Virus record (IMG/VR): IMGVR_UViG_2529292882_000014
Coordinates: 1-42,566 of that record
Origin: a virus
Taxonomy: Duplodnaviria > Heunggongvirae > Uroviricota > Caudoviricetes
Length of the DNA: 42,566 nucleotides
Reading direction: 5' to 3' (one strand)
The notes below the pieces were generated by a model. That model had not been told where the DNA came from. It worked only from the letters and a program-made list of their open reading frames with translations, and ran no database searches. Shown here in pieces: positions 1 through 8,769 of the stretch (positions are counted from its first letter, which is position 1; each line of letters begins with the position of its first letter). The position numbers and the translations under genes are program-made.

Positions 1-1158
1 ATGCTCACCGTTAAGCAGATTGAAGCAGCAAAGCCGAAAGAAAAACCATACCGCCTACTCGATGGTAATGGCCTGTACCTTTATGTCCCTGTGTCAGGGA
101 AAAAGGTATGGCAGCTTCGCTACAAGATTGACGGTAAGGAGAAAATCCTGACCGTCGGAAAATATCCGCTTATGACTTTGCAAGAGGCAAGGGATAAAGC
201 ATGGACTGCGAGGAAAGACATCTCGGTTGGCATCGATCCGGTAAAGGCGAAAAAGGCTTCGTCTAACAACAATTCCTTTAGCGCCATTTACAAGGAATGG
301 TACGAGCACAAGAAGCAAGTCTGGTCAGTAGGCTATGCAAATGAACTTGCAAAAATGTTTGATGACGACATTTTACCCATCATCGGCGGTCTTGAAATTC
401 AGGATATTGAGCCGATGCAACTACTGGAAGTAATCCGCAGATTTGAAGATCGCGGTGCAATGGAGCGAGCAAATAAAGCCCGCAGAAGATGCGGCGAGGT
501 TTTCCGTTACGCTATTGTCACTGGTAGGGCTAAATATAACCCGGCACCTGACCTTGCTGACGCCATGAAGGGATACCGCAAGAAGAACTTCCCGTTTCTT
601 CCTGCAGACCAGATCCCTGCATTCAACAAAGCACTGGCAACATTTTCAGGGAGCATCGTATCGCTCATTGCGACTAAAGTTTTGCGCTACACAGCCCTAA
701 GAACGAAAGAGCTTCGCTCCATGCTATGGAAGAACGTCGATTTTGAAAACAGGATTATCACCATCGACGCCAGTGTGATGAAGGGTCGAAAAATTCATGT
801 GGTTCCTATGTCAGACCAGGTGATTGAACTTCTCACTACGCTAAGCTCAATCACTAAACCAGTGTCAGAGTTTGTTTTTGCCGGGCGCAACGATAAGAAG
901 AAGCCAATTTGCGAGAACGCTGTACTGCTTGTGATCAAACAAATCGGCTATGAAGGTCTGGAAAGCGGTCACGGATTCAGGCATGAATTCAGCACGATTA
1001 TGAACGAGCACGAATGGCCTGCTGACGCTATTGAAGTGCAACTGGCACATGCCAACGGCGGATCTGTGCGCGGGATTTACAACCACGCTCAGTATCTCGA
1101 TAAGCGCAGAGAAATGATGCAGTGGTGGGCGGATTGGCTTGATGAAAAGGTGAAGTGA
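1..1158 (+). CDS. int: Tyrosine integrase, P4/IntS type
   Basis: 385 aa; N-terminus MLTVKQIEAAKPKEKPYRLLDGNGLYLYV typical of P4-family integrases; C-terminal catalytic region with HGFRH and terminal Y-containing motif. Confidence 0.9.
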   Translation: MLTVKQIEAAKPKEKPYRLLDGNGLYLYVPVSGKKVWQLRYKIDGKEKILTVGKYPLMTLQEARDKAWTARKDISVGIDPVKAKKASSNNNSFSAIYKEWYEHKKQVWSVGYANELAKMFDDDILPIIGGLEIQDIEPMQLLEVIRRFEDRGAMERANKARRRCGEVFRYAIVTGRAKYNPAPDLADAMKGYRKKNFPFLPADQIPAFNKALATFSGSIVSLIATKVLRYTALRTKELRSMLWKNVDFENRIITIDASVMKGRKIHVVPMSDQVIELLTTLSSITKPVSEFVFAGRNDKKKPICENAVLLVIKQIGYEGLESGHGFRHEFSTIMNEHEWPADAIEVQLAHANGGSVRGIYNHAQYLDKRREMMQWWADWLDEKVK

Positions 1159-1190
1159 TCAGCCTCAACCACAATCGAATAGCGCAAAGC

Positions 1191-1220
1191 CTTGCAATCC
1201 AGTGCAAGACTTTGTTTTTC
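1191..1220 (+). terminator. Putative rho-independent terminator downstream of int
   Basis: Stem CTTGCA / TGCAAG with 6-nt loop, followed by ACTTTGTTTTTC. Confidence 0.4.
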
Positions 1221-1535
1221 TAAGTTTTTCTCACATCACCGCACAATAATCAAACTAACCATAACACTCTTCGTTGATAATGACCTGACGGATATCATCA
1301 TGTACGTGACTGAGATTGGAGCAATAAGGCTCTTGTCGATTGACACACTATCTTCAACTAGTTCTGCTGCTGGAGATAGAAGCCCATAGTGCACTTACGA
1401 TAAAATACTGTGCGAGAACACAATATAATCATAGTAAAAATCAGATCAACTTCAAAACACGCTGCTTATCCATTGATCAACAGAATCATGCTGTTAAAAT
1501 TAATCCTATTACTACACTTAACTTAGGTATCTTTA

Positions 1536-2576
1536 ATGTCTATAAGAAATGGAAATCGTCTAGAATTCCTAGACTCTTTGCGTGGACTTGCAGCCCTGAT
1601 GGTTGCATGTGCACATTTCATAGAGCGAACACCATTGCATAACAGTTTTTTATTTAAGCATGTTAACTTTGGTCAGGTTGGTGTTGTTTGCTTCTTTGTG
1701 TTAAGTGGCATGGTAATACCTTACAGCCTAAAGGAAGGGAAAAGAGCGATATCCGGGTTCATTATATCAAGGTTTTTTAGACTATATCCCGCTTACTGGT
1801 TTTCAGTATTTCTGGCGGCCTTTACTTTTTTGTTTGTAACTCATAGACCACTTGATATAAGAACTCTGTTGTCTAATATTACCATGCTTCAATCTTTACT
1901 GAGATCTCCAGATATGTTTGGTGTTTATTGGACGCTAATAATTGAGTTGTTCTTCTATGCTTCCTGTGCGTTTCTTTTCAAAGTAAATTTATTAAAGAGT
2001 AAGGTTTCTTTATTTTTAATTTCTATAGGACTTATTGCAACCGCTCTTGCTTTCTCATACGTGAGATTCGTTCTTGATAAAAAAGTTCCTGTGGCAATAC
2101 CGCTAGCTATGTCATTAATGTTCTTTGGTAGCTTATGGCGTTCAGTGAGCATTGGGATTGCATCGAGATCAGAAAGAAATATGTGCATTGTATTTTTAAT
2201 AACATTCCTAGTGGCGATTGCTCCGATTTGCTTAATGTCCTACAATAAAGACTATGGGCATGGGGAAAATGCTTCCTCCTATATTGCTAGCTATCTTACA
2301 GGCATAGTATTGACGCTATTGCTCACTACACGGGTAAAATTGAATGTAGGATTATTGGTTTTCCTGGGATCGATAAGTTACTCTGTATACTTGATTCACC
2401 CATTCTTTTTAGAGATTGTATCTGTCAGTATAGACATGGACACAGATTTTAATTTTATTATTTTTGTTTTATACCTATTAGCTACGATCGCACTAGCAAC
2501 TATTTCTTATAAGGTAATTGAAAAACCATCTATAAATATAGGTCACAGGCTTAGGAAGATCGCACTAGCAAGCTGA
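1536..2576 (+). CDS. Acyltransferase family 3 (AT3) integral membrane protein, Oac-like O-antigen acetyltransferase candidate
   Basis: 346 aa, multiple hydrophobic segments; N-terminal motif RLEFLDSLRGLAALMVACAHF typical of AT3 acyltransferases; about 33% GC, adjacent to int and tailspike as in serotype-converting phages. Confidence 0.8.
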   Translation: MSIRNGNRLEFLDSLRGLAALMVACAHFIERTPLHNSFLFKHVNFGQVGVVCFFVLSGMVIPYSLKEGKRAISGFIISRFFRLYPAYWFSVFLAAFTFLFVTHRPLDIRTLLSNITMLQSLLRSPDMFGVYWTLIIELFFYASCAFLFKVNLLKSKVSLFLISIGLIATALAFSYVRFVLDKKVPVAIPLAMSLMFFGSLWRSVSIGIASRSERNMCIVFLITFLVAIAPICLMSYNKDYGHGENASSYIASYLTGIVLTLLLTTRVKLNVGLLVFLGSISYSVYLIHPFFLEIVSVSIDMDTDFNFIIFVLYLLATIALATISYKVIEKPSINIGHRLRKIALAS

Positions 2577-2739
2577 CATATGACATGAATCCCCAGCTTA
2601 GTTCTGGGGATATTTTCTGGTTATATAATACAATCCGAACTTACACCGAGAGCAAAAATCAATTATATAAGCATACTGTATCATTCATATTACTTTTACG
2701 CTAGGCTCAAGTATCCAATGATCAATAACAGACAAAAAA

Positions 2740-2759
2740 TACTGTATGTGTATACAGAG
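2740..2759. promoter_or_regulatory. LexA (SOS) box-like palindrome
   Basis: TACTGTATGTGTATACAGAG matches the CTGT-N8-ACAG SOS box pattern with an AT-rich spacer. Confidence 0.35.
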
Positions 2760-2905
2760 TCAGTGATATTTTTTCTGCTGCTCAATGAGCATTTCCGATC
2801 TTCCCACTTCTAAATTTATCCTCATGATGTTATTATCATTAAATTTATTTTAGGGGTAGTCACATGAGATATATTGCATTGTTTTTCTTTGCTCTTTCAC
2901 TGTAG

Positions 2906-3184
2906 ATGAATTGGACAATAAAAATGATAAAGTATAGAGCTGGTATAGATGGTTTAAGAGCAGTCGCTGTTGTGATGTTTCACGCTTTCCCAAGCGCATT
3001 TTCTGGAGAGTTCAATGGGTTTGATTTATTTTTCATAATATCTAGCCTTTTAATTTCAAGTATTATTTTTAAAAATTTAAATAGCGGTAAATTTTCTTTT
3101 TCCGATTTTTACTTAAGAAGGATTAAGCGGATTTTTACACTCTTACTCAGATCATATATAAGATTAGATTGCAAGTCTAGTTAG
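2906..3184 (+). pseudogene. Truncated N-terminal fragment of a second AT3 (OafA/OatA-like) acyltransferase
   Basis: 92-aa ORF with the AT3 N-terminal signature (GIDGLRAVAVVMFHAF ... FYLRRIKRIF) ending prematurely; the transmembrane core is absent. Confidence 0.5.
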
Positions 3185-3268
3185 TGGTTGGCTGAATAAT
3201 TTTCTCAATTCGTTGATTTGAAGCGTAAATATATTTTTAACCTTAAACCTTATTAAAAGGAAAATGCA

Positions 3269-3964
3269 ATGAAGTCAAAACAAACAAATAGAAAGTCTCA
3301 AGCAAATAAATATTTGGCAATGCTGTTTATTCTGATTGCAATAGTTATTATAGTATTGTCTGTTCGTTCAATTAGAAATTATTTATCTCAAAAAAAAGTT
3401 AACGACTTTCAGGCTGTGATGCTAGATTTTAAAAAAATGAATGCTAATCAAGCTGACGGCGACATTGTGGTTTATGGCGACTCGCTCATACAAGGAATGT
3501 CACCATATGGGTTAAACTTTAAATATGTTAATATGGGGGTCGGAGGATACTCTATACATCAGATCCTAACTCTATCAGAAAATTATGGGGCGTCTGGATA
3601 TAAAGCTGCGATAATTGAAGGTGGAGTTAACGATGCGATGGGTGCGAAAACCGAAGAGGAAATATTTGATGATTATGACAAACTGCTTAAGAGTGTATCA
3701 AAGGTTGATAATATTTATGCATTAAAAGTTTTGCCAATCATAAGCGGGGCAAGAAAAGACGTAGACCATGTCAATTCAAGAATAAGCATGATTAACTCTA
3801 TTATTGATAGAACATGTAGTCGCATAGTTAACTGCAATATAATAGAAGTTCCTGCAGATTTTTTATCTGATAAAAAATCTGAATTGTACTTTGATGATGG
3901 AGTGCATTTAAATAAAAATGGCTATGCCGTTTGGATGAGAGAGATTAATAAACATGTGAAGTAA
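3269..3964 (+). CDS. Membrane-anchored SGNH/GDSL hydrolase-fold protein
   Basis: 231 aa; one N-terminal TM helix (LAMLFILIAIVIIVLSV); SGNH blocks VVYGDSLIQG (I), NMGVGGYS (II), EGGVNDA (III), DDGVHLNKNGY (V); SD AAGGAAA upstream. Confidence 0.75.
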   Translation: MKSKQTNRKSQANKYLAMLFILIAIVIIVLSVRSIRNYLSQKKVNDFQAVMLDFKKMNANQADGDIVVYGDSLIQGMSPYGLNFKYVNMGVGGYSIHQILTLSENYGASGYKAAIIEGGVNDAMGAKTEEEIFDDYDKLLKSVSKVDNIYALKVLPIISGARKDVDHVNSRISMINSIIDRTCSRIVNCNIIEVPADFLSDKKSELYFDDGVHLNKNGYAVWMREINKHVK

Positions 3965-3969
3965 AAGAT

Positions 3970-3990
3970 GGCCGCATTGCGGCCTTTTTC
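3970..3990. terminator. Bidirectional rho-independent terminator between the convergent SGNH gene and tailspike
   Basis: GGCCGCATTGCGGCC hairpin followed by TTTTT on the plus strand and a T-run on the minus strand. Confidence 0.5.
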
Positions 3991-6227
3991 TACCAGGAAG
4001 CATCAATGTAAAATATTGGTGAGGCTGTAGTAGATCCATTAATTGTTATCGACCCGGTTGATGCGCTTATTGTTGCCATCGCCATACCGTAAGATATTCC
4101 ATCAGCAGTGAACGGTACAGGGACATTTTTTGTTACTGTTGGTCTACACCACCTTGGCAGCGTTAGAACAGTATTACCATTCGCAAATGAAGTGGCTGCC
4201 AGTTTAATATTAATTGAATTGGCAGTTAAACTTGACGGTGCCTGTACTGTTACGTTTGTTCCAGCCCACCATTGAACAGCTGCTCTTGGCGTGTAATCAA
4301 CACGCGACCACCAGTCGATAATGGCAGAGCAGATAATTTCCGCATACAGACGATACCCTAACTGGCTTTGGTGAATGTCATCACGCAGAAGTGGGTCGTA
4401 TTGCGTATTGAAATACTCTGGATATGGGGCCGGGAGCTGGTGAGTTGTTGTTACACAAATGACGTTATTGCCATATTTCATCATCTGGCGTTTACCAGCT
4501 TCTCGCAACTCTGCGACACCGTCGTAGTTAGAAGATGGCTGGCCAGCCCCTCCAATAAATGACTGGCTATACCACATCCACGGCTCAACCCAAACAGGGA
4601 TACGACCAAGGCCATTGCAATATAAGACAAACTCATCTATCAATGACGCCATATAATCGCCGTTTTGGTTTGCCTGCCCTTCGTTAGTTCCGGCAACCAT
4701 AATAACGATGTAAGCATCACCCGGCCCCTGAGCCTTCAGGAGATCTAACTGTTGCCTCATTGTCTGTCCGGCAACTGCCTTGTTTACAATGCTATGTGAA
4801 CGGTGGCCGTTCGCTCCATCCATTAATTGCGGAATGTACGAGCTGAACGCGGAAATGAAATCCTCAGCTGTACTATCACCGTGGATAAGGATATTAAGTG
4901 GAGGCTTACCGTGCACGCCATTATCAGAGGTGTAGCTGCATAATCCAGTTACACGCGCAGAACCTCCAGATGCCGTGGTCAGTGCAACAAACCCAACTTC
5001 GTATACATCCCCTACATCAGCAGTATCAAAGGGCAAACGTATCCCAACGCCATTCATCGTTATCTGCGCCCAGTTTTTACCTTGCAGTGATACGCCAACG
5101 GTTGCTTTGCCCGGGGCGTACGACAGTAAACCTCCTGGCAGCGGGAATGGAGTTCCTTCTGCTACTGGACCACCAATTGGTTTCTGTCTATAAGACCACT
5201 GTGTAGCACCTGGTGCCCCATAGAACATCATCCAACCACCAGAGCATCGCAGAACAATCCCAACTTCTGAGGCGGCCTGAGATTCCATACGAATATGTGC
5301 AGAAATATGCTCTCCAATATCTATTGGTGCGAACAGGCCTGTTGTACGGTTAGTAGTTAAGGGGAAGATAGCTGCGCTATCTGAGGATATGGTGACTTCA
5401 CCTTCATAGAAGAACGTGTCACCATTTATGGAATAAACTTTACAATCTGACCATTCCACTCGCTTCATGCGAATAGGGTTTCGGTTGAGGATAGCCTGCT
5501 TAGCCAGGTAATCCACTTCCCCACCGGTTGCTTTAAAGTTCAGGTGCGTAAATTCAAACGTACCCTCCCCCTCGTACTGCAACGATTTAAACAGTGAGTA
5601 CAGATCACTGTCGAATCTCAGGGTGACATTTTTATCAATGATTACTTTACTGTTCGCAAGGAAAGAAGCGTTAGCAGCTGTAGACGGTACGGTGTACACC
5701 ATCTGATTTTTTGAATGATTAGAGAAGTAAACATACCCGTAGGTCGCAACACTATCGCGCCATGCCTGGACTACGTTAGAATTAACATAGCTTGGGATTT
5801 TTGTGATCGAATGCAAAACAAGGTCTTCCTGTGAGATAGCTCCATTTACCAGATTAACACCGCCTTGAGATGCAAGATCTTGCCTGAGTTGGTCAGGGTC
5901 ATACTTCAACACATTCGGAAAATAGAACTGCTGCGAACCATACGCATCATAAACAGCCATAGAATGCCCTTGCACAGTTACGAACTTGGCAATTTGTCCG
6001 TTATATACCGGATATCCAGCAGCGTTAATGATGATTGGTTGCGAAACAGGAACGTGAGAACCGTCTTCGTTCTCCACATAAACCTGAATCTGGTTTTCAG
6101 GATTTACCGGGTCAGTGTCAATTTTACCGATATAAATTTTTCCATTGGCAACCGCTTTAAAAGAACGCGCCATAGTGAAGAGTTGCGAAGGCATCGATAC
6201 GATCACATTGGCTGTAATGTCTGTCAT
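3990..6227 (-). CDS. Tailspike protein with P22-type head-binding N-terminal domain and an internal SGNH-esterase-like motif set
   Basis: 745 aa; first ~110 aa ([58 protein letters not shown]...) closely resemble P22 gp9 N-terminus; later [20 protein letters not shown] and [10 protein letters not shown] resemble SGNH blocks I, III and V. Confidence 0.9.
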   Translation of the reverse strand: MTDITANVIVSMPSQLFTMARSFKAVANGKIYIGKIDTDPVNPENQIQVYVENEDGSHVPVSQPIIINAAGYPVYNGQIAKFVTVQGHSMAVYDAYGSQQFYFPNVLKYDPDQLRQDLASQGGVNLVNGAISQEDLVLHSITKIPSYVNSNVVQAWRDSVATYGYVYFSNHSKNQMVYTVPSTAANASFLANSKVIIDKNVTLRFDSDLYSLFKSLQYEGEGTFEFTHLNFKATGGEVDYLAKQAILNRNPIRMKRVEWSDCKVYSINGDTFFYEGEVTISSDSAAIFPLTTNRTTGLFAPIDIGEHISAHIRMESQAASEVGIVLRCSGGWMMFYGAPGATQWSYRQKPIGGPVAEGTPFPLPGGLLSYAPGKATVGVSLQGKNWAQITMNGVGIRLPFDTADVGDVYEVGFVALTTASGGSARVTGLCSYTSDNGVHGKPPLNILIHGDSTAEDFISAFSSYIPQLMDGANGHRSHSIVNKAVAGQTMRQQLDLLKAQGPGDAYIVIMVAGTNEGQANQNGDYMASLIDEFVLYCNGLGRIPVWVEPWMWYSQSFIGGAGQPSSNYDGVAELREAGKRQMMKYGNNVICVTTTHQLPAPYPEYFNTQYDPLLRDDIHQSQLGYRLYAEIICSAIIDWWSRVDYTPRAAVQWWAGTNVTVQAPSSLTANSINIKLAATSFANGNTVLTLPRWCRPTVTKNVPVPFTADGISYGMAMATISASTGSITINGSTTASPIFYIDASW

Positions 6228-6282
6228 TTAATTTGCTCCAGATACAAGGAATCACCGAAGCATGGCTACGATGAATTTTGGG

Positions 6283-6309
6283 CATAAAAAAACCCAGCCG
6301 AAGCTGGGT
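6283..6309 (-). terminator. Rho-independent terminator between ant and tailspike
   Basis: Perfect 7-bp stem ACCCAGC/GCTGGGT followed on the minus strand by a 7-U run. Confidence 0.5.
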
Positions 6310-6327
6310 CGTTGCGTTGGTTATCTG

Positions 6328-7230
6328 TCAGTAGTTATGTACTGAAGGAGGTAATTCTTTATTCTTAAGTCTCATCCATGCGGAAAGATTCGTTGGTCCG
6401 TCTGGCTCATTAATATCAACATCTCGTGTGTGATTGATTAAAACGTCTCTCGCCATTCCGATAACATACGAGAACTCATGGCCATAGTCGTAGCATCTGC
6501 CGGAATAGTTCGATTGAATTTGTTTTAGCGCCAGATACAGTTCGCGGAATAATGCCTGTGAGCGGTTGGCATAATCCCATAACCATACAAGGCTGTTTGC
6601 TTCTTTTGCAGAAAGCTCGTTGGTTTTCTTCTCTTGTTTGCCGATAAATTCACCTTCAAGCACTACCCTGTGGATGTACTCTACGGCTTGCGGTATCTGA
6701 GATGCATCAAGCTCTTCAATACTTTCCACATTGAAACGCTGATGAATCATTGCATAAGCTTCTGGGTACATTAGATGCTTTTTGCTGACTAGCATATTTA
6801 CAGCATCACGAAGCGGAGTCCTGTCATCAACAGATGTTTTCTTACGTGCATTTTCTGCCTTTCCCTTTGTCCAGTAGTCATGCAGTACAGTAAAGCATTC
6901 TTCCTGGTACTGAATCAGTTTATCACGGATGTCAGCACGAACTTTCTCAGGGTTGATGCTGAACAGCCATCCATTTAACTTCTTCAAAGGAAGGCAGAGT
7001 AGCTTACGAAGCTTCCCATCAGCGGCAACCATGTTCATATGAACACAGTTGAATTTGCTAATCTGCTTCATGAGTTTTGTTTGCTGCGTTGACCAGCTCA
7101 TTCCAAGGTTTTCAACGATTGGCTTCATCGCAACATATGCAACTCCGGCAGCCATGGCGGTGATAATTTGCTGACCGTTGAATGGTACATAAGAGGTGTT
7201 CACTGCTTCTAAAATTGCTATACTATTCAT
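6328..7230 (-). CDS. ant: Antirepressor Ant (P22 immI type)
   Basis: 300 aa from the internal Met ([21 protein letters not shown]...) with a GGAG SD; ORF-track start at 7296 would overlap the arc-ant intergenic region; sits downstream of arc as in P22. Confidence 0.85.
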   Translation of the reverse strand: MNSIAILEAVNTSYVPFNGQQIITAMAAGVAYVAMKPIVENLGMSWSTQQTKLMKQISKFNCVHMNMVAADGKLRKLLCLPLKKLNGWLFSINPEKVRADIRDKLIQYQEECFTVLHDYWTKGKAENARKKTSVDDRTPLRDAVNMLVSKKHLMYPEAYAMIHQRFNVESIEELDASQIPQAVEYIHRVVLEGEFIGKQEKKTNELSAKEANSLVWLWDYANRSQALFRELYLALKQIQSNYSGRCYDYGHEFSYVIGMARDVLINHTRDVDINEPDGPTNLSAWMRLKNKELPPSVHNY

Positions 7231-7298
7231 GTTGGTTTTTCTCCACGAATTTACTGACAACCGAAGCCCTGACTGTTCCCGCAGTTGGGGCTTCAACT
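7231..7298 (+). ncRNA. sar: Possible sar-like antisense RNA region (arc-ant intercistronic, antisense to the ant ribosome-binding site)
   Basis: Positional analogy with P22 only: 68-bp arc-ant intercistronic segment; no promoter or terminator was independently verified. Confidence 0.3.
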
Positions 7299-7460
7299 TT
7301 ACGCGCCAATGCGCCCTTCCTTCTTAAAGCTTTCCATTACTCTCTGATAAATCTCAGAGTTAACAGACCGACCATTCTCTTCCGCCACCTTGCGGACCAA
7401 ATCCAATACTTCTTTAGGCCACCGCAAATTGAACTGCGGCATCTTGCTCATTCCTTTCAT
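7299..7460 (-). CDS. arc: Arc repressor (ribbon-helix-helix)
   Basis: 53 aa, [53 protein letters not shown], near-identical to P22 Arc as recalled. Confidence 0.9.
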   Translation of the reverse strand: MKGMSKMPQFNLRWPKEVLDLVRKVAEENGRSVNSEIYQRVMESFKKEGRIGA

Positions 7461-7474
7461 ATTCACCTCACAAT

Positions 7475-7495
7475 ATAGGTCCACCGTGGACCTAT
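7475..7495. promoter_or_regulatory. Mnt operator (Omnt) overlapping the Pant start region
   Basis: 21-bp palindrome ATAGGTCCACCGTGGACCTAT with perfect 10-bp arms. Confidence 0.6.
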
Positions 7496-7502
7496 TGAGA
7501 AT

Positions 7503-7523
7503 ATAGTAGAGTGCTTCTATCAT
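7503..7523. promoter_or_regulatory. Arc operator (Oarc) within the divergent Pant/Pmnt promoter region
   Basis: ATAGTAGAGTGCTTCTATCAT, a 21-bp partially symmetric site matching the remembered P22 arc operator. Confidence 0.6.
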
Positions 7524-7550
7524 GTCAATACACTAACTTGGAGTGATGGC

Positions 7551-7802
7551 ATGGCTAGAGATGATCCGCACTTTAACTTCCGTATGCCTATGGAAGTAAG
7601 GGAGAAATTAAAATTCAGGGCGGAGGCGAATGGGAGATCAATGAACTCCGAGTTGTTACAAATCGTCCAAGATGCTCTATCAAAACCATCGCCTGTGACT
7701 GGATATCGCGACGATGCAGAACGACTCGCTGATGAGCAGTCAGAGCTTGTTAAGAAGATGGTGTTTGATACGCTGAAGGATTTGTACAAAAAACCCACCT
7801 GA
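7551..7802 (+). CDS. mnt: Mnt repressor (maintenance of lysogeny, represses Pant)
   Basis: 83 aa, MARDDPHFNFRMPMEVREKLKFRAEANGRSMNSELLQIVQDALSKPSPVTGYR..., matches P22 Mnt as recalled. Confidence 0.9.
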   Translation: MARDDPHFNFRMPMEVREKLKFRAEANGRSMNSELLQIVQDALSKPSPVTGYRDDAERLADEQSELVKKMVFDTLKDLYKKPT

Positions 7803-7808
7803 AGGTGG
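7784..7808 (-). terminator. Rho-independent terminator downstream of the lipoprotein gene, overlapping the mnt 3' end
   Basis: Stem CCCACC/GGTGGG with loop TGAA, followed on the minus strand by TTTTTT. Confidence 0.4.
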
Positions 7809-7818
7809 GTCCTATTTA

Positions 7819-8238
7819 TTAGTCTTGCTTTGTTGATGGTATAAGAGATGCGTTTGCCTCTTTTGGCTTCAAGGTATACATCCCACCATTAAAAGGATCT
7901 ACAGCAAGCCAACCAATTAACCCACCAAACACAAGGTTTCCACCAATATACCAGCCATTAGCATTGGCTTTGATTGGCAGGGTAACTGGTTCGTACCCAT
8001 CCTTTTCCATAGTGATCTGGTAGCTCTTTTTGCCAAAATAACTACCATCTGACTTGGCAAGAGTTACTCCTTGCGGGGTCTTACCTTGCGCAACAATCAC
8101 GCCTGATTCGTCTTTTACCTTAAAGCTCGCACCGGAAGGATTGCTGTTCACTTGCACAAGCTGCGTTTCGTCACCAACAATAGTTGCGCACCCAGATAAC
8201 AATATAGCGCCAGCAACGACGCCAATAATCCTCTTCAT
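7819..8238 (-). CDS. Small lipoprotein with a glycine-zipper-like C-terminal segment (moron at the sieA position)
   Basis: About 139 aa from MKRIIGVVAGAILLSGC (lipobox LSGC); C-terminal GWYIGGNLVFGGLIGWLAV; an in-frame upstream ATG at 8250 is also possible. Confidence 0.65.
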   Translation of the reverse strand: MKRIIGVVAGAILLSGCATIVGDETQLVQVNSNPSGASFKVKDESGVIVAQGKTPQGVTLAKSDGSYFGKKSYQITMEKDGYEPVTLPIKANANGWYIGGNLVFGGLIGWLAVDPFNGGMYTLKPKEANASLIPSTKQD

Positions 8239-8355
8239 ATCAATTTCCATATTTAAAAAACCGGAAACATCCTAATGACAAACCATTCAAATATGAAGTA
8301 GGCAAAAGATGTTTACTTTTTTCATGGTATCCTGCTCAAAACTAAGGAGGTTGGC

Positions 8356-8745
8356 GTGAAGCAATTTCTTACTGTTATGTTCTTATTCATATCTTTTGGG
8401 GCTACAGCAGAGTGCTGGGTCGTTGGAGATATGCGCGGAATAAGCTATTCAGAACGAAATAATTTCCATCCGGAAGAAGATGGTTTTAGTGGAACATTCA
8501 TCATTAAGACAAACGGTGAAGATGCCAGCATCACATATTCTGGGACAGATGCGGGCGGCATGGCTTACAAAGCATTGTCTAAAAACTCCATCATAGGAAT
8601 CGGCGCGAATGGCGAAACTCAACGCGTTATCGACTCATGGGTAATACATCCTACTGGAACAGTTTTAATGTCAAAAACCATTTCCGGTTATGGAAATATG
8701 GATTCAACCAAAGCTTTTGTTGGAAAAGTAAAAAGAAAATGTTAG
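8356..8745 (+). CDS. Small secreted protein of unknown function
   Basis: 129 aa, GTG start preceded by AAGGAGG; signal-peptide-like N-terminus MKQFLTVMFLFISFGATA; about 41% GC. Confidence 0.6.
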   Translation: MKQFLTVMFLFISFGATAECWVVGDMRGISYSERNNFHPEEDGFSGTFIIKTNGEDASITYSGTDAGGMAYKALSKNSIIGIGANGETQRVIDSWVIHPTGTVLMSKTISGYGNMDSTKAFVGKVKRKC

Positions 8746-8769
8746 CGATTGAATCCAATTTCCCATACG

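Noticed and set aside
1192-1642. Two overlapping plus-strand ORFs between int and the acyltransferase gene
   Set aside because: AT-rich intergenic leader with a terminator and GATC repeats; the second ORF runs into the acyltransferase in another frame and neither has a convincing ribosome-binding site.
4368-5206. Plus-strand ORFs of 64 to 102 aa inside the tailspike gene
   Set aside because: They are antisense to a long, well-supported coding region.
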